Origin: a virus
Direction: 5' to 3' (one strand)
Length of the DNA stretch: 64,000 nucleotides
IMG/VR virus record: IMGVR_UViG_3300007513_001104
This document shows positions 37,101 through 50,038 of this stretch, piece after piece. The translations under genes were made by a program, and so were the position numbers. The notes beneath the pieces are model-generated. The model saw nothing but the letters and a program-made list of their open reading frames with translations. It did not search any database and was not told the origin of the DNA. Every line of letters starts with the position of its first letter. Positions within the stretch are counted from its first letter, which is position 1.

Positions 37101-40100
37101 CATAAATGGACTAAAAGATACATCTACTACACTTTCACCTAAACTCTGTGTCTGAGTTGAAGCGCTTATATCTATACCTACGCCTGTTCTTGTTTGTGAT
37201 TGTGCTGTTGTTGTCGTTGTAAATAGTGAGCTATTGCTTGTTCCTTCTCCACTATTGTTTGTTCCATGCGTATTTAACTCTTGTGATACCGTCGATACTA
37301 CGTTAGCTGCTCCGCTGTTTTCCCAGGCGCCCCATTGCGTGCCCCATGCGTTTGACATGTTCTCCCATGCATCGTAGTTACCATCAAAGTTTTTAGTAAC
37401 TGCTGGTTGGACATCTGTTGCCACAAAGTTATCTAGGTTTGGTGTTAAAACCATATCCCCAACATAGTGGAACGTTAATTCTTTTGCTAAATTCTCTATT
37501 TGTGAAGCTTCTTGCTGTGATCTAAATTCTACAATGTCATACGGTAGTGAAATTGTTCTACCTGTTTGTGCTAATGTAGCCGTTGAATTAGCCGCTCCTA
37601 TATCAGTAAATGTTCTTAATGATATATTTTCCATTGAGAAAAACGGTCTTGCATGTTTCTTAACCGGATCAATTGATATTTTATAATCCGGATCTAATAC
37701 TGCTCCTACATTATGTCCTGTAAATGGATCTACTAAGATGCCATTTTTAAATCTGTCTGTGCCTGATGCATTTGTAATTGTTTGGTCTTTTGCGTATGTT
37801 TCTAATAAATTTAGTGAAGCGTAATACTCTAAGTTTTTAATACGAGTTTCTAACGTACTAATATCTTGCATTGTAAAACGTTTGTATGCCACTTGATGTA
37901 CTGTAGCACCTAAGTCTGATCTTCCTACTAACTTGGCCGCTGTTGTTCCTAAACAAGGATAAGGTGGTAAGTTAATAGTGGCCAGGGTCATGGATTTCTC
38001 AGGCTCTACCGGTAGTATAGGATCGTCTGCGTATGCTCCCTCTACTTGTCTAATTTTACCATCAAAGTCACATATTACTCTTAATTTTTTGCCCTGCCAA
38101 TATGAAAAGTCTGTTGTAAATGTTTTAACTGGTACCGGGAATGTAATTCCATTTCCTGGTCTATCAATTTCTTCTAAAGCGTCTGGATTTATAGGAGCTG
38201 ATCCTAATGTAGCATTAGGTGTTGCTGTGTCTGTCATCCTTGGACGGAAGTCAATAGTATTTCTTAAATCATAATCTCCTATTACACTTGATCTGTAAAT
38301 TGGTAGTTCTTCTGTTCTTATTGTATTGGCTGCTGGTGTAGTAGTATCGTCTACTGGATAACTATCTAAACACATAAAAGTTCCGCCACCAGATGCAACT
38401 GTATGTGTAAAGTATGAAAACTTAACAACCACATATCTGTTTGTTGCTAGATTTACTGTTGCTGTAGACTTCTTAAATATCTTGGCATGGCCATAATAGT
38501 TATCTCTTTGTCCATTATCAAATCTAAATTGATCTGTAACTTCGTCTGCTGCTGCTACCGAGTAAGCAGATGAGCTTGCCCAAACTCCTTCAAGTTTGTA
38601 ACCATCTGAAACTCCTAAATTCATTTCTCCTGTTGAGCCATTAGCGTTTGAGTTTGTATCTACTTTAATGTAAACATTTTGTACTAATGCTTTTGCTACA
38701 GGTGTTGTGTCTGTTTTTAATACATTCACATAAACTCTAACTTTATCACTCTGTCCGCCTGCTGTTGTTACTGTTGTTCCTAAATCAATCCTCATTGATG
38801 TAGATGAAGAACACTTAACTGATGCGTTAGAGTTACTAGAGGTTAGGTCAATGTACTGTCCTGCTGTTCTGTTATTTCCTGTTGTTAAATCAAAACCATC
38901 TTGTGCAATTGCTATAATATTGGCTGATTTAATAGTGTCTGTTAATTCTGTGTTTGATGTATCGTAAGGGAAAGTTTCGTCGCCTGTTAGTGTCAGGTCT
39001 ACATAAGCTCCTGATGCATTTAATGTAACATCAAATTCTTTTGTATATTGATACGTGGTGTCATATGTTCCGCCAGCTGCTGCCTTTAATGTTTTAATAT
39101 GATTGTAAGGCATGGCAAACAACATTTTATTTGCTGATGCTTCTTTAATTGTTGCTTTTGAACTTGTTAATACTGTATTAGCTATACCATCTGCTGCGGT
39201 GTTTTCATATCTTACGCCTTTGACGTCACCAAATTCACCACTAACTAAATGGATATCATACAAATATAATTTATATACTGCAGCATTTGCTCCTGCTGTT
39301 CCACTTTTATAAACAATATGTCTAGCTTTTGCTGTTCCTATTTTTGTTCCTGCTGCTGATGCTGCTCCGTCTTGTACTGTGTCATATAAATCTATTGTTC
39401 CGCCACCATCTATATCCCAAAATCCTGATACACGACTTATTTCTGTGTAATTACCAAAAGAAGTTGATATTGGCATACCATCTTTAGTTACTACACCTTC
39501 AGGTTTTCTTATAACTAGACGCTTGGTTGATTGTAATGTTCGTTTAAAACCACCAACGTAAGATTTACCTGGTGCAATTCCTAATACAAGTCCTTCTCTA
39601 TTTCCGCTTTTAGCTGCTGTGTAAACACCACCATTGGTATTAGCTGCGTTTTGTAAATGTTCTCTAACATCTACTGTCATTCCATGTACTGTATAATTAC
39701 CTGATTCGTCGTAAGTTCTGTTTGCTAAAACTTGTCCTACACCTGAGAGTGGATTATCTTTAACTTTATTTCTAATAATTCCACCATCTTGAATTCTTAA
39801 ATACAAATACCAATCATCAGGTTTAGGTATATCTGGATGGAAAGATCTTAAAGTAGCCATAAGGAGCATTCTATCTGCTCCAGGAGCGTTATAGTTATAA
39901 GACCCTTGTGCAGGATCTAGTAAACTTGTATCTATTGCCGATGTCTGGGCTGCTTCATATAATTGGAAACCAACTAATTTTTCATTATACTTAGACCATC
40001 TATCCATTAAGTTATGAATTCTTGTTGTTCTAATAAAATGGCCTCTTGCATAAATAATGCCTGGCTCTAAAATTATTTCATGTGTTTTACCAAAGTATTT

Positions 40101-40619
40101 GGCTTGTTCGTTTGTTGTTGTTCCTGTGTGAACAATGAATGTATCACCATTTCTTGAGGAATCTGTTGACGTTACTGTTAGAGTTTCGCCTGTTGTAAAA
40201 TGGTCATAAGTAGTAGATGATGTATTATAATTAAAATATAATTGTTTTGTTACAGGTGCTCCGCTTTCAGTTCCTTGTTCTGTATGTGCTATAACTGCTG
40301 TTAAACCAGAAGTGCCACCTGTTAGTGTGTCCCCTACATAGTTTGCTAATGTAGAATTATCAACAGCAGCCGAGGAGGCGTCTGTGTCTTTAATTTTAAC
40401 CCAATGTCTTTCTAGTATTTGTTCGGCACACCCAGCAACTACTGCACCGTCTTGAATCATAAATCCAAAACCTTTGTCTAACTGGTCTTGTAAAATTGAT
40501 TGTAGTTGTGTAAGTTCTCTTGCTTGTACTGCAACACCAGGCTTAAAAAGAACTCTATGAAAGTTCTTATAGTCGCTAAAATCGTCGTAATATGGTGATG
40601 CGTTTAAATTTAATGCCAT
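34194..40619 (-). CDS. VrlC-like (DUF4815-type) large virion protein with collagen-like insert
   Basis: LN.SPYYDDF...[70 protein letters not shown]. Confidence 0.85.
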   Translation of the reverse strand: MALNLNASPYYDDFSDYKNFHRVLFKPGVAVQARELTQLQSILQDQLDKGFGFMIQDGAVVAGCAEQILERHWVKIKDTDASSAAVDNSTLANYVGDTLTGGTSGLTAVIAHTEQGTESGAPVTKQLYFNYNTSSTTYDHFTTGETLTVTSTDSSRNGDTFIVHTGTTTNEQAKYFGKTHEIILEPGIIYARGHFIRTTRIHNLMDRWSKYNEKLVGFQLYEAAQTSAIDTSLLDPAQGSYNYNAPGADRMLLMATLRSFHPDIPKPDDWYLYLRIQDGGIIRNKVKDNPLSGVGQVLANRTYDESGNYTVHGMTVDVREHLQNAANTNGGVYTAAKSGNREGLVLGIAPGKSYVGGFKRTLQSTKRLVIRKPEGVVTKDGMPISTSFGNYTEISRVSGFWDIDGGGTIDLYDTVQDGAASAAGTKIGTAKARHIVYKSGTAGANAAVYKLYLYDIHLVSGEFGDVKGVRYENTAADGIANTVLTSSKATIKEASANKMLFAMPYNHIKTLKAAAGGTYDTTYQYTKEFDVTLNASGAYVDLTLTGDETFPYDTSNTELTDTIKSANIIAIAQDGFDLTTGNNRTAGQYIDLTSSNSNASVKCSSSTSMRIDLGTTVTTAGGQSDKVRVYVNVLKTDTTPVAKALVQNVYIKVDTNSNANGSTGEMNLGVSDGYKLEGVWASSSAYSVAAADEVTDQFRFDNGQRDNYYGHAKIFKKSTATVNLATNRYVVVKFSYFTHTVASGGGTFMCLDSYPVDDTTTPAANTIRTEELPIYRSSVIGDYDLRNTIDFRPRMTDTATPNATLGSAPINPDALEEIDRPGNGITFPVPVKTFTTDFSYWQGKKLRVICDFDGKIRQVEGAYADDPILPVEPEKSMTLATINLPPYPCLGTTAAKLVGRSDLGATVHQVAYKRFTMQDISTLETRIKNLEYYASLNLLETYAKDQTITNASGTDRFKNGILVDPFTGHNVGAVLDPDYKISIDPVKKHARPFFSMENISLRTFTDIGAANSTATLAQTGRTISLPYDIVEFRSQQEASQIENLAKELTFHYVGDMVLTPNLDNFVATDVQPAVTKNFDGNYDAWENMSNAWGTQWGAWENSGAANVVSTVSQELNTHGTNNSGEGTSNSSLFTTTTTAQSQTRTGVGIDISASTQTQSLGESVVDVSFSPFMREVNVVFNCIRLKPNTVVYPFFDGEDVSAHVTNSAGTLGGTITTDANGTCFGQFLIPSGQFKTGVKVFKLTDDVNNNDALARTTSTANYESSGLRQKTQDTILALKTANVTPTYHSGDRVMTDTSVEISIGAGTPLPPPPAPVIIHEITNVVGAPGPTGEPGPVGQTGDAGPPGPPGSPGTPAEAVDLSDWQAQTDAAVAAGLASVEQLIEDVANMPPGPPGPTGPPGPTGLPGLPGPTGAEGPPGAPHVIETVITTIPDITVVPAFEPVEVMPDMTCLAPTNEPVGVTWNTGVTDGQLDFMEELDISLAMNGGGGYNPWVDPLAQTFTVHGVPGGVFISDVEIYFKTKGTNGVTMELREVVNGVPGPRTIPNGIKYLPAAQINLSSTSGGTTTYTPTVFSFPDPVYLKNNTEYCFVPKPENDDKGFEIWIAQLGENQYGTTTRISKQPAAGMMFSSANDRTWSPHQNKDIMFKIRRCRFKKDQAYSGHLITEPIDWLNFTDTSWSFAAKKFSPGKNLVGFTPTITAGGSGYSSAPAVTVTNTGTGGTGLALTAVISGGAVTGLTVTNPGSGYNIAPTITIAAGTTTATATLRLNKGRVDFWDNLYNYAHTVLKSGHFTVGDVVGNADGYATISGFTDKVVNDIAPNFGILQPGEGTTATCKLALTDTGAGSANTTSYQDVDFGTTHTLAKEKTIYSRTNEVVNYSTTQTARAKITFSTFNDNVSPIIEIDQADLLCIKNEVNNTATGEDGRVGGSASSRYISRRVVLEEGMDAEDLQVYLEAAIPNTGSIKVYGKFQNAADPGNFQEDLNWTELTANTSPAEQTEGFAEYSYSIPARGSNAAGTNASTSIFEYVLSSVTAISVGTAGSGYSTATVTISGGGGFGATAKAEISSGTISGIKVTNPGRGYTSAPTVTITGDGSSAAATSTIGNITHTGYKTFAVKIVPLSTDTTKVPKFKDLRAIALQV
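36361..36646 (-). repeat. two collagen-like Gly-X-Y blocks
   Basis: [30 protein letters not shown] and [30 protein letters not shown]. Confidence 0.9.
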
Positions 40620-40624
40620 TTTTG

Positions 40625-42211
40625 TTAAAACCTAATCAATGCTTTTATTTGTTCTACTTGGTCTGCCGATCTTGTAATAGGAGACCTGTTATCTAAGTAA
40701 ATAATTTCTCCGGTTGCATTATCAACTTCCGGTACTGTAACACTATTTATACTCAAACCTGTCAAACTCTTGGTAGTATTTTCCAATGTTGATGAATTTG
40801 TAATTAAAGGAATAGATGCTGCTAAATAAACCTTCTTATTATCTTCGTCTATCTGTATAACAGTAAACTCACCGCCGTCATCTGTTTTAATTATATCATC
40901 TACAGCCCAATTTGATCCTAAGCTAGCTACTGTAATAATATAACAAGCTGTGCCTGTATTTGTTGTGTAAGTAACTGCTCCGGGTGTTTTAATGTTCTTA
41001 ATTAAGGCAAGTTGTCTAAAATCATTACCTAAAATTAAATCCCTATTTGTATTATCTGCAAATGATACTGTAAGTCCAAGATTATTTGCAAATAATTCTC
41101 GAGTTGCGTTAGAGCCATGTCCTCCTTGTGGAGATATAATTGCTCTAGCTGTAGCACCCGTTCCAGGTGCTGTTGTGTTAGTTATTGACATTGTTGCGTA
41201 TGAATAGTTTTGGCCCGGGTTTGTAACTCTAATACTTGTCAATGCTCCTGTTGTTTCATTAACATAAGCAGAAGCCTCAGCTCCTGTTCCGTCACCTGTT
41301 ATTGATATTACAACATCGCCTGTTGCATAATCTTGTCCGCCTGCTGTAAGAACTACTCTGTCTACTGTTCCTGCTACTGCTGCACCTTCTACAGCACTTT
41401 GTAATGCTGGTAAACTATCTGCGTCGCCTAAGTTTACAGTTCCGGCCGCGTTAGCTCCACCCCCGCCCGTAAACGCAACAAAGGCAAAACTATAACCACT
41501 ACCTGAAGAAGTTATCGTTACACCTGTAACTGCTCCTCCTGATATTGTAGCTGTGCCTGTTGCTCCTGTGCCATCACCAACAATAGCAGCAGTTGGAACA
41601 GAAGTATATCCTGATCCTCCCGCTGTTATCGTAATGCTATCAACTTCTCCATTGACATCATGTGTTGGATTTCCTGTTATTTTTCTAACAGGAATGTAAT
41701 CTGCGTCTAAAAATTTATTTTGATCGGAAGCTGATATTTGAAACATGAACTTCCAATTGTATTTGTCTGATAATTCGAACACAGATGTTCCTGTGCTTGT
41801 TGGTTTTACCGTTGAAGTACCATTCAAGTTATTAGATATACATTTATAAACCTTAAACTCATCGGTAACAACAAAGAAATTAGCTTCCGCTAAACTTTGT
41901 GCTCCCGAATTTGATTGATTACTAGACGAATATGTATCATCGTATTCGTCGTAAACTGTGCCGGATACCCAGTCAGTTCTATTTGCTAACATACAAATAT
42001 CTGCTGAGTCTATCCTTTGCGTGAACATCATACTACGTCTAAACTCTGATACATAAGCATCAGAATCAACAGGGCTCTCTGGAACAGTATCATCTGTCCA
42101 GGGTAATGTCCTGCCTACAGCAAAGTGGAAATAATCATTATTATTTTTTATATCTCTATAAAAAGATCTTGCTAATTCTACTCTACCTAGTCTGCGTAAT
42201 ACGAGTGCCAT
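40625..42211 (-). CDS. gp8: baseplate wedge subunit
   Basis: W.SG.VYD.Y, F.V.T..FKVYKC..N, Y.WKFM, ISP.GGHG.NA..EL, NDFRQ..LIKN, GEIIY.DNR.PI.R...Q.E.IK. Confidence 0.88.
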   Translation of the reverse strand: MALVLRRLGRVELARSFYRDIKNNNDYFHFAVGRTLPWTDDTVPESPVDSDAYVSEFRRSMMFTQRIDSADICMLANRTDWVSGTVYDEYDDTYSSSNQSNSGAQSLAEANFFVVTDEFKVYKCISNNLNGTSTVKPTSTGTSVFELSDKYNWKFMFQISASDQNKFLDADYIPVRKITGNPTHDVNGEVDSITITAGGSGYTSVPTAAIVGDGTGATGTATISGGAVTGVTITSSGSGYSFAFVAFTGGGGANAAGTVNLGDADSLPALQSAVEGAAVAGTVDRVVLTAGGQDYATGDVVISITGDGTGAEASAYVNETTGALTSIRVTNPGQNYSYATMSITNTTAPGTGATARAIISPQGGHGSNATRELFANNLGLTVSFADNTNRDLILGNDFRQLALIKNIKTPGAVTYTTNTGTACYIITVASLGSNWAVDDIIKTDDGGEFTVIQIDEDNKKVYLAASIPLITNSSTLENTTKSLTGLSINSVTVPEVDNATGEIIYLDNRSPITRSADQVEQIKALIRF

Positions 42212-42222
42212 TTATTTCTCTA

Positions 42223-42666
42223 TTAAGAAATTGTTACTGTCCAAGTAATTGTCATTGAATCAGACGCGCCTTTATTTACAACCGAAAATACAGTCCTGCA
42301 TAAAAGAGTACCACCTGAAGCTGCATTTAATATGCCTGCTTCTGTAATAGCTCCAGTACCTGTGCCTGCTGCAAATGAGCAAACATAAGCTACTGCATTA
42401 CTTGTAACTGTTGTAGATGTAAGTGCAACACGAGCTGCTTCTGTACCTAAAGCGGTATTGCCTGAAGCTGCTGCTGATGTTCCTGTACCAATAGCCATAT
42501 GTGACATGGCTGTTGCTGAAGCATCTTTCATTCGGGATGCTATAAAGGCTAGGCCAGTGTCAACAACCAGGTTTTCTAATTCCCTAGTTTCTTTGACATT
42601 GCCCTGTTTGTCTTTGATTTCAACTTTAAGCTTACCTGTAGCTTTTGTCTCATCTTTTTTAAACAT
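42223..42666 (-). CDS. virion structural protein
   Basis: NLVV.TG..FIASRM, MAIGTG, A.TEAG..NA.SGG.L..R.VFSVVNK...D...ITW. Confidence 0.7.
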   Translation of the reverse strand: MFKKDETKATGKLKVEIKDKQGNVKETRELENLVVDTGLAFIASRMKDASATAMSHMAIGTGTSAAASGNTALGTEAARVALTSTTVTSNAVAYVCSFAAGTGTGAITEAGILNAASGGTLLCRTVFSVVNKGASDSMTITWTVTIS

Positions 42667-42696
42667 TTTAGTCTCCTAATCTATCTTTTGTTTATT

Positions 42697-45276
42697 TTAT
42701 GTAAACGACCAAGTGTCTCCTACATAATCCTCACCTAAATAAAGGTGATCTACATAGTCTTGGTTAAATCCATCTCCTGTGTCCACTGCACTTGAGCTCT
42801 CCGTTGCTGGTTTGCTTAGTGCATTAACGACTGTTTCTGTTACAGAAGGTGTTTCCGTTATTCCTTTGTTAGTATTTATACTGTTTACGCTATCAGAATT
42901 GGAAGTTGTTTCAGATTTGTTCAATCCAATTGTCCAAACTGCACTATCTGATACCGATTGTGTTTCTGTTAATGCTTGACTGAATAATATTGCTGGGCTA
43001 TCTGTTGCTGTTCCTGTGTCTGCGTACTCAACAATTCTACCAATTGTTAAATCATCTGTAATAGTTGCTGAGTCTGAGAACGCTCTAGTAAATGCCGCTA
43101 CCACTGCTGCTGAATCTGTAACAGTAATCGAATGTGCTAGCGGTTTAGTCATAGACCAACTGAACCTTTGTTCCCCAATATTATAATTGTCTGCATCGTT
43201 TCCATCACTAGAGTCATTCCAATAAGCCGAGTTCGGTGACCCACCATCTCCTAAAACAACATATGGTTCGCCGTAATCTTGATCGTCAGCTGTAGCTGTA
43301 GAAGTAAACATGCCAGGAGCAAACGCTATTGCGTGTGCTTCTGTTACTGTACTTGTATCTGTCTTTGGTATTTCAAAGAATTTAGCGACTGTTTCAGATG
43401 TGCTTACTGTGTCTGTTGTTAAGAATTTATAGAACGTGTATCCAGTTGATGAAACTGAGAATGCAACATTGTAATCAACCACACTTCTTACAACAAGATC
43501 TCCAAACACTTGCATTCCTGCAGGGTGTACGGTGTCTCTTATTGCTCTGTCCCAAGTCGTCTGTTCTACAGTTGACTTAATGACATAAGCATATGGTTGA
43601 TATCGTTTGTTGTCTTGTAATACGTTGACATCGGATAATTTTCCTCTGTCATCTTTCCACTTACCTTCATATTCAAATAAGTATCCTGTACAAATTTCTA
43701 TTGTAACCACTTCACCCGTTGGTGATGTTATTACAACATTTGCACAGTCTGCTACAAATCCTGATCCTGCGTTAATGATTTGGAATGTTGACGGAAGGCC
43801 TGCTGTTGTAACAGATGTAACTCTTATATAAGCGTTGTTTTGTCCGCCTATAAAAGTATAATTATCTGTTGCATTTGTATGAACATAAAAATATCCACCG
43901 CCTGAACCGTTTGTTCCATCTCCGGCTGATGCATACCCTTTACCATCATCTCCCGTTTCATTAATTTTGTAGACTTGTCCTACTTTAAACCCTGCATCTG
44001 ATGCTGAACCACTGTAAGACTTATATGTAACCGAGGTTAATTGTCTAACCAAGTATCCATAAATATCTGTCGTTGCGTTTCCTGCTCCGTCATCTACGAC
44101 ATAGGATCGTATGTCTGTAGGGGCTTCTTCTGTGATTATATTAATTCCTGCAGTAGTATATCCTGATCCTGCTGCAGTAACATTAATTGCTGATAGTTTT
44201 CCGTCTGCTATTGTTGCTGTTGCTGTGGCTCCTGAACCATCTCCATATATTTGTATGCCTGGTATTGCGTGATAATCAGCTCCTGCGTCATTAATAGCTA
44301 TACTTGCTATGGTGCCAGAAGATATTGTTGCTGTTGCTACTCCTCCTGCTCCAGGACCATATACTACTGTTGTTGGACTATCAAATTTAAGGATAAGGTC
44401 AAATCTTTGTAATGTTAAACCATTTGTCTGATATGTGTTCTTTTCTACTCTAGTTACCGTTGCGTTTTGCGTGTTTAATGCTGTAACAGAACCTGTTGAT
44501 CGATAATATCTAATATCAATCTTTTTACCTTGTAGTGTTAAAGGTTCTAATGTCCCTCCGTGTTCTGCTTCTTGTAATTTAACAGCTTGTTCTACGTTAT
44601 AATAAGCATCAGAAGGTTTTAAAATATATCTACTAGGATATTGTACTTCAACATTCTCGCCGTACAATAACCTAAAAAATGTTTCTATTGATTCCTTGTT
44701 ACCTTTTGCTTCATAAAAGTCTTTAGCTCTTTTATAAAAGAAACGTTTGTCTACCTTTACACTCTTAGGAAAATCATTTACAAGAGCACCTCTCCATTTA
44801 TCTAAAAAGGCTTCCTGTGCATAGTCAATATCATTACTGTAATTTACTATCTCATCACTTTGCTTAGCATCTTGATCCATAAATTCATAATACTTTTTAA
44901 GGAAAGTAACGAATGTTGGATACTCATCTCTAATATATTCTGGAAATTGATCTTCTATTAAGAAGGAAGTATTTCTTGTTTCTGTTTTTATATCGCCTTG
45001 TGCAGCATCTAATACTGCTGCTGCTGTTGCTCCTGTTGCTGTTGTGTCAGAAGCATGTGGTGTTATAGTAACTGTTGGAACAGAAGTATAACCTGTTCCA
45101 ATGTTTGTAACTGTTATTGTAGTAACTGCGCCACTAGATACTGTGGCTATTGCTGTGGCTCCAGTGCCACCACCGCCGGTAATTGATATTGTAGGCACAT
45201 TAAAATATCCCGTGCCCCCAGCCGAAAGGGTTATAGATGAAACAAATCTATAAAATGATGGGATATAATCAGTCAT
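42697..45276 (-). CDS. gp7: baseplate wedge initiator (gp7-like) with repeat extensions
   Basis: Q.PE.IR..YP.FV.FL..YYE, FY.AKG...S....FRLLY, G.LS....LQD...YQ.Y.YVIKS, VHPAG..VFG; lies between gp6 and gp8. Confidence 0.75.
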   Translation of the reverse strand: MTDYIPSFYRFVSSITLSAGGTGYFNVPTISITGGGGTGATAIATVSSGAVTTITVTNIGTGYTSVPTVTITPHASDTTATGATAAAVLDAAQGDIKTETRNTSFLIEDQFPEYIRDEYPTFVTFLKKYYEFMDQDAKQSDEIVNYSNDIDYAQEAFLDKWRGALVNDFPKSVKVDKRFFYKRAKDFYEAKGNKESIETFFRLLYGENVEVQYPSRYILKPSDAYYNVEQAVKLQEAEHGGTLEPLTLQGKKIDIRYYRSTGSVTALNTQNATVTRVEKNTYQTNGLTLQRFDLILKFDSPTTVVYGPGAGGVATATISSGTIASIAINDAGADYHAIPGIQIYGDGSGATATATIADGKLSAINVTAAGSGYTTAGINIITEEAPTDIRSYVVDDGAGNATTDIYGYLVRQLTSVTYKSYSGSASDAGFKVGQVYKINETGDDGKGYASAGDGTNGSGGGYFYVHTNATDNYTFIGGQNNAYIRVTSVTTAGLPSTFQIINAGSGFVADCANVVITSPTGEVVTIEICTGYLFEYEGKWKDDRGKLSDVNVLQDNKRYQPYAYVIKSTVEQTTWDRAIRDTVHPAGMQVFGDLVVRSVVDYNVAFSVSSTGYTFYKFLTTDTVSTSETVAKFFEIPKTDTSTVTEAHAIAFAPGMFTSTATADDQDYGEPYVVLGDGGSPNSAYWNDSSDGNDADNYNIGEQRFSWSMTKPLAHSITVTDSAAVVAAFTRAFSDSATITDDLTIGRIVEYADTGTATDSPAILFSQALTETQSVSDSAVWTIGLNKSETTSNSDSVNSINTNKGITETPSVTETVVNALSKPATESSSAVDTGDGFNQDYVDHLYLGEDYVGDTWSFT

Positions 45277-47465
45277 TAGATCTCTTCTACTTCAGGTGTT
45301 GCTGTTATTACTGTACCTGCTCTTGAATTTATTGTTGAGCTCACAACACTATCATCTAGTGTCAATACTGTATTTCTTGAGGGTTTAGCAACGACTGCAG
45401 CTGTAGAAGTATCTGAGGTTCTAATTAGTGCTTGTGTTGTTATATCCTTTACAGCATCATGTGGAGTAACTTGTATCCTTAATGTTGCTTCTGTGCCATA
45501 TAATTTGTTTATTGTTGTTGATGGAATATTTACTGTTCCTGAATCATAGTCTATTGTTCCTATAGCTGCTATAACTGTTCCTGTATTTGTAACTGCATTT
45601 ACCGTTCCTGTTCCACTATACGCTGGGGCAACCACTGAGGCTGCTGGAACGTCTTGTAATAAAACCTTTGTTGTTACGTTTGCTGTTGTTAAATCAAAAT
45701 ATGTGCTTGTAAGTTCTCTTGGTTGTAACTTTTGATTAAATTGGACTGTATAGTTTTTTGGTACTGCCAAATCAGGTTTGATTCTTTTTTGTAATCTGGT
45801 TTGTATGTTTACAGATATTATTGCGTCTGAAAAAGATTTAATAGTATCGTGTAATCTTGAATAATAAAAACTCTTGTTTAATTTATTTAAACTATTATTA
45901 AAATAAGAATTTACATTACCTAAGACTCCTGATTCTATTTGTCCTTTTGCTAAAGTTGTTAATTTAGGATCATATGTTACCCCCACGTCTAAAGAAACGT
46001 ATGTGTATTCTGGATCTACAAACTCAGGAATAATTGATACCGGAGTTTTGGGTTCTATAACCGCTGTTTTGATATTATCTTTATCTGATTCTGTTATAAC
46101 TGAACCTAACACAGGATTAAGTGATATAAACACTTTACCATATATAGGTGGATCATTTTTCTCTCCACCCCAAACAGAACACGATTGTATATTTGGATTA
46201 CTTGCTAATATAAGTGTTTCATAGTCTTGTTCGGTAACTGCTCTATTTCTTGTTGCATTAAATCGAGGAGCATTAAATCTAATTTCATCTATTGATTCCT
46301 GTACAGAGCCTCCAGAAGCTGCTGCGTACGTCGTATTATAAACTGACTCTCCTGATGTTGCAAGAGTTACAGTTGCTGCAAAACTTTTAGCTGTATTTGC
46401 TTTTGTTCCGTTAGTGTTTATATAATCAATTATAACAATGTTGCCATTAGATAATTTTTTGCCTATAATATCATCTCCAAATCTTATTTGAAATAAACCA
46501 TCAGCTCCTTCTTCTACAAAATATGCTTTGGTATCTGATTTAACATTTAAAAATGTTGTATTTAAATTATAAACCGTTGTTGTTAAATCTGTTGAAGAAT
46601 TTTGAACTCTAACTCTTAATGTGGATGTGTCTGCTCTATTATTTGGTAAAACATAAGGGCCTGCTTCACTGCCTATTGATACTACAAATTGATTTGCTAC
46701 TCTTAAACCTTCTTTAATCGTTAATCCAGGAAAAACAAATTGCTTTTGGTCTGCTGAGGAAGCTGTTTGTCCTGTGTACATGCCATAAGTCAACCCTGAG
46801 GATATTGTTGTATTTTGTCCTGTTGATGTTTGTGTGCCTAACGATGTTTGTGCTTCTTTTTTACTGCTATTAGGTGAATAAAAAGTAACACCACTATATT
46901 CTGTAAACGTATAACTTGTTGCTCCTGTTCCGCCTGTATCTGCTGCTTCTGCTGCTGCCTCTGTTAAATATATAGGATAGTAATATCCTTTACCTAGTGT
47001 TGCATGTGTTCCGTATAACCAATAAGGGCCAGCTCCTCCGGCCGTTACCGCTTGAGTAGTTGTTGTTCCTGCAGGATAAAATTGATAAGTTGTTCCGTCT
47101 ACAGCTGAGGAAAATGAAGCATCTCTACTCAATGCCAGCGTTGTTGCCGTATAACTAGCTGGAACCGTTACTGCTAAATTAATATTTCCAGCAGAACATC
47201 GGGTAGATCTGGGTGTATAACCTAATGCTTTTGCTATTGATACTACAGATTCTCTCTTAATAGCAGTATCTATGAAGTTTTCATTAGCTAACATGTGTGC
47301 TAATATGCCATTATAGTGTGTATTATATGCTAATAAGTCTATTAGAACTGCAAGGCCTGAACCTTCGAAGTTATAATCTGAAAATTCTGTTTGACTATTT
47401 AAAAAGGTCTTAAGGTTTGCCTTTATGTTGTCAAAGTCTAATTCTGTTACGTTTAATTGTGCCAT
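45276..47465 (-). CDS. gp6: baseplate wedge subunit
   Basis: ELDFD.IK.NLK.FL..Q.EF.DYNFEGS.L..L.D.LAYNTHY, FGD...GK, ESI..IRFNAP, RAVT..DY, WGGE.N.PP.YGKVFIS. Confidence 0.93.
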   Translation of the reverse strand: MAQLNVTELDFDNIKANLKTFLNSQTEFSDYNFEGSGLAVLIDLLAYNTHYNGILAHMLANENFIDTAIKRESVVSIAKALGYTPRSTRCSAGNINLAVTVPASYTATTLALSRDASFSSAVDGTTYQFYPAGTTTTQAVTAGGAGPYWLYGTHATLGKGYYYPIYLTEAAAEAADTGGTGATSYTFTEYSGVTFYSPNSSKKEAQTSLGTQTSTGQNTTISSGLTYGMYTGQTASSADQKQFVFPGLTIKEGLRVANQFVVSIGSEAGPYVLPNNRADTSTLRVRVQNSSTDLTTTVYNLNTTFLNVKSDTKAYFVEEGADGLFQIRFGDDIIGKKLSNGNIVIIDYINTNGTKANTAKSFAATVTLATSGESVYNTTYAAASGGSVQESIDEIRFNAPRFNATRNRAVTEQDYETLILASNPNIQSCSVWGGEKNDPPIYGKVFISLNPVLGSVITESDKDNIKTAVIEPKTPVSIIPEFVDPEYTYVSLDVGVTYDPKLTTLAKGQIESGVLGNVNSYFNNSLNKLNKSFYYSRLHDTIKSFSDAIISVNIQTRLQKRIKPDLAVPKNYTVQFNQKLQPRELTSTYFDLTTANVTTKVLLQDVPAASVVAPAYSGTGTVNAVTNTGTVIAAIGTIDYDSGTVNIPSTTINKLYGTEATLRIQVTPHDAVKDITTQALIRTSDTSTAAVVAKPSRNTVLTLDDSVVSSTINSRAGTVITATPEVEEI

Positions 47466-47469
47466 TTGT

Positions 47470-47874
47470 TTACCTCAGCCTTGTAAGACTTACCGTTAAG
47501 TCTTGTGGTTCGTTTATTCCTAGAACATGGAATCTAATACTTACATCATAACCATTGTTCTCATAATCAGCTCTAGCTTTAACACTATTTAAAGACACGC
47601 GTGGTTCCCAATTTGTTATTTGCTGTTCTATAGCAGTTGCCAAAGACATTTCCATTCCAGGCCGCATGGGTTCAAACAACATGCCGTATAATCTTGATCC
47701 TAGTTCTGGATGAAAAGGTCTCTCATAAGGTTTTGATAAAAGCAATGTCTTTATTGATTGCTTTACAGCGTTTACGTCTAACTTTTTATTTACATCTCCT
47801 GAAAGAGCGTTTTTCGTAAACAGCATATCAAAGTCTTTATATATCCTTGCTACTTTTAATTTTTGTGTTGCCAT
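47470..47874 (-). CDS. gp25: baseplate wedge subunit / sheath initiator
   Basis: Y.D.D..F, AVKQS...L.....ERPF.P..GS, WEPRV, L.RLR. Confidence 0.93.
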   Translation of the reverse strand: MATQKLKVARIYKDFDMLFTKNALSGDVNKKLDVNAVKQSIKTLLLSKPYERPFHPELGSRLYGMLFEPMRPGMEMSLATAIEQQITNWEPRVSLNSVKARADYENNGYDVSIRFHVLGINEPQDLTVSLTRLR

Positions 47875-47879
47875 AATAG

Positions 47880-47887
47880 TATTTATA
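47880..47887 (-). promoter_or_regulatory. late promoter for gp25 operon
   Basis: TATAAATACTATT immediately followed by ATG. Confidence 0.8.
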
Positions 47888-48496
47888 TCAAAAATCGAAA
47901 TCTGGTAACTCTAAATTTAAGAATTCTTCACCTTGTTTCTTAATTCTATCGCCTATCTCAATATATACGCTTGGTTTCTGTATTGAAGGTAGTGATCCTC
48001 CTTTTAATATTGAAGCTGGATCTATATCTGGGAATGATGTAGGTGTTGCTTTAACTGTAACTTGAACGCCTTCTTTTTCTATATTAGGTATTGCTTTACA
48101 AATCATATCTATATCAATTGCCCCGTTTCTTAGTAAATCTTGTAAATCGTCAAAGTTTTTAATATCTCCTAAGTCTACATTGCCCCATTTATTTTTCAAA
48201 TATTCAAGTTTATATTTTATATCAGGCAATGCTATTGCTCCTAACATAATAACCTTTAAAAAATCTTTAACATCATCATGTAATGTTTTGTCATCATCAG
48301 ATAAAACTTTATTTAAAATACTAGGAATCATATTTTCCATTTTACCCATTACACTATTAACATCTTCTAAAGCATCGTTCTTTATTTCATTTAACTTTCC
48401 TAATGGTGACTCATTAATAATAGAGTCAAACTTATCCTCTGCAGCTTGAACTTGATCTGCAAGTTCCAATAATTTTTTACTAGGTCCGCAACTCAT
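47888..48496 (-). CDS. hypothetical protein
   Basis: 202-aa ORF between gp5 and gp25. Confidence 0.7.
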   Translation of the reverse strand: MSCGPSKKLLELADQVQAAEDKFDSIINESPLGKLNEIKNDALEDVNSVMGKMENMIPSILNKVLSDDDKTLHDDVKDFLKVIMLGAIALPDIKYKLEYLKNKWGNVDLGDIKNFDDLQDLLRNGAIDIDMICKAIPNIEKEGVQVTVKATPTSFPDIDPASILKGGSLPSIQKPSVYIEIGDRIKKQGEEFLNLELPDFDF

Positions 48497-48499
48497 TTA

Positions 48500-50038
48500 T
48501 TATGTCCCCGATGTTGGTGCTTGTGTTTCTTGTGTACTAGGTTGTGGTGAGCTAGATCCGCCAGTTCCAGGTACTTCTTTATGTGTATGTGTATGTAATG
48601 TTATATTATTAGATGTAATGTTTCCTGCAGGTCCGTCTATAGACATAGTGGGTGAGTCAATAGTCATTGAAACATCTGCATCCATATCTAGATCTGCTAA
48701 AGTTTTTATTGTCATTGTAGAACCTGAACCTACTTCTAATAATCCAGTTGCCGCAAGGAAAACATTGTCTCCTGCTAATACTCTATACGTTCCTCCTGCT
48801 GAGACCATTACATTTTCTTTAACACTCTTTAAATCTTTGTTATATGTTTTATTAACTGTTTCTGCAACAGAATCTGTTCTATTTTTTGCTACACTAATTG
48901 TTTGATTTCCTACTATTGTTTCTGTATCATCTTGAGCTACACGAGCTGTTCTATTTCCTTTAATAGAATGTGTTACATCTGATATAACCGATTTAATATC
49001 ATTACCATTTATTTTTGTAACCCTTGAGCCTAAAATTGATAAGAAGTAATCTCCCTCTACTTCTTCGTACTTATCTCCTTGAACTAATAGTTTAGCGTCT
49101 CCTGCTATTGTAACGTTACATGATCCTCTTATAAGAACATTATTGTCTTTAGCAATAATTTCATAATTATCACCTACAATATTTGTAACCTTTGTACCAT
49201 CATCATGAATTTCATAATTCGTTCCTGATGGATGATACTCATGAATTCTTCTGTTTGTTTCTGTATTGTCTATTTCAAATACATGGCCTGCTCTAGTTTC
49301 TTTAACTGTGTTAAATGGATATAAGGAAGTCCATTCTTTGTCTCCTGGCTGTGGGCTTTCTCCGTCTCTTAACTTTTGTGCAGCATCAAAATAATTGGCC
49401 TCGTCTTTTGATTTCCCTCTTGGGTGTGGTTCATCCCACGTTTTTCCTTCGTAATCTTTTCCTGTTATATCATCTAATATGGCATCGCCGGTTTCTTCTG
49501 ATACTGACGGTGCTCTTGCTGTTCTTATTCCTTCGTCTCTTGTTGCTCTTCTATTTAATAAAGAGTAATGTGTTTCTGCTGCTTCATTTCTAGCAAGTCT
49601 AGAAACATCAGGTTCTCCTATACCAGCAAACCCTTGATCAGGTTCGTCTGGCAACCTTGGGAATCTTCCTGTTGGGTCCATAAAACCATCTATGTCATTT
49701 ACTTCAGGCTTTTCTGCTGGTTTTCCTGCTATAGTTCCTAGAATCATAGGAATTTGTCCGTCTTCGCCGTCTGCAAAGAAACCTATAACTGTTGAGCCCT
49801 GTAATAAGGAGTGATTTTCCATTACTCCATTAAGGCCTGCACTTGTAACAGAGTTAATTGGAACAGCATATGGTAAATGTTTTATAGGTAATGTTTGTTT
49901 GTTGCCTGTATGATATCCTGTTATCCTAACTTTAACTCTGCCGGCATAGGCTGGATCGTTGTTATCTTCAACAACACCCAACCACCAAATAAAATCTGGT
50001 ATATTTAATTTGCCGTAATTTTTCATTCCTTGGCTCAT
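48500..50038 (-). CDS. gp5: baseplate hub central spike (no lysozyme domain)
   Basis: OB-fold WW.GVVED..DP...GRV.VR..G.H, V.GFF.DG...Q.P.I.G; YP.N.V.ET..GHVFE.D.T; beta-helix repeats; C-term HTHTH. Confidence 0.88.
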   Translation of the reverse strand: MSQGMKNYGKLNIPDFIWWLGVVEDNNDPAYAGRVKVRITGYHTGNKQTLPIKHLPYAVPINSVTSAGLNGVMENHSLLQGSTVIGFFADGEDGQIPMILGTIAGKPAEKPEVNDIDGFMDPTGRFPRLPDEPDQGFAGIGEPDVSRLARNEAAETHYSLLNRRATRDEGIRTARAPSVSEETGDAILDDITGKDYEGKTWDEPHPRGKSKDEANYFDAAQKLRDGESPQPGDKEWTSLYPFNTVKETRAGHVFEIDNTETNRRIHEYHPSGTNYEIHDDGTKVTNIVGDNYEIIAKDNNVLIRGSCNVTIAGDAKLLVQGDKYEEVEGDYFLSILGSRVTKINGNDIKSVISDVTHSIKGNRTARVAQDDTETIVGNQTISVAKNRTDSVAETVNKTYNKDLKSVKENVMVSAGGTYRVLAGDNVFLAATGLLEVGSGSTMTIKTLADLDMDADVSMTIDSPTMSIDGPAGNITSNNITLHTHTHKEVPGTGGSSSPQPSTQETQAPTSGT

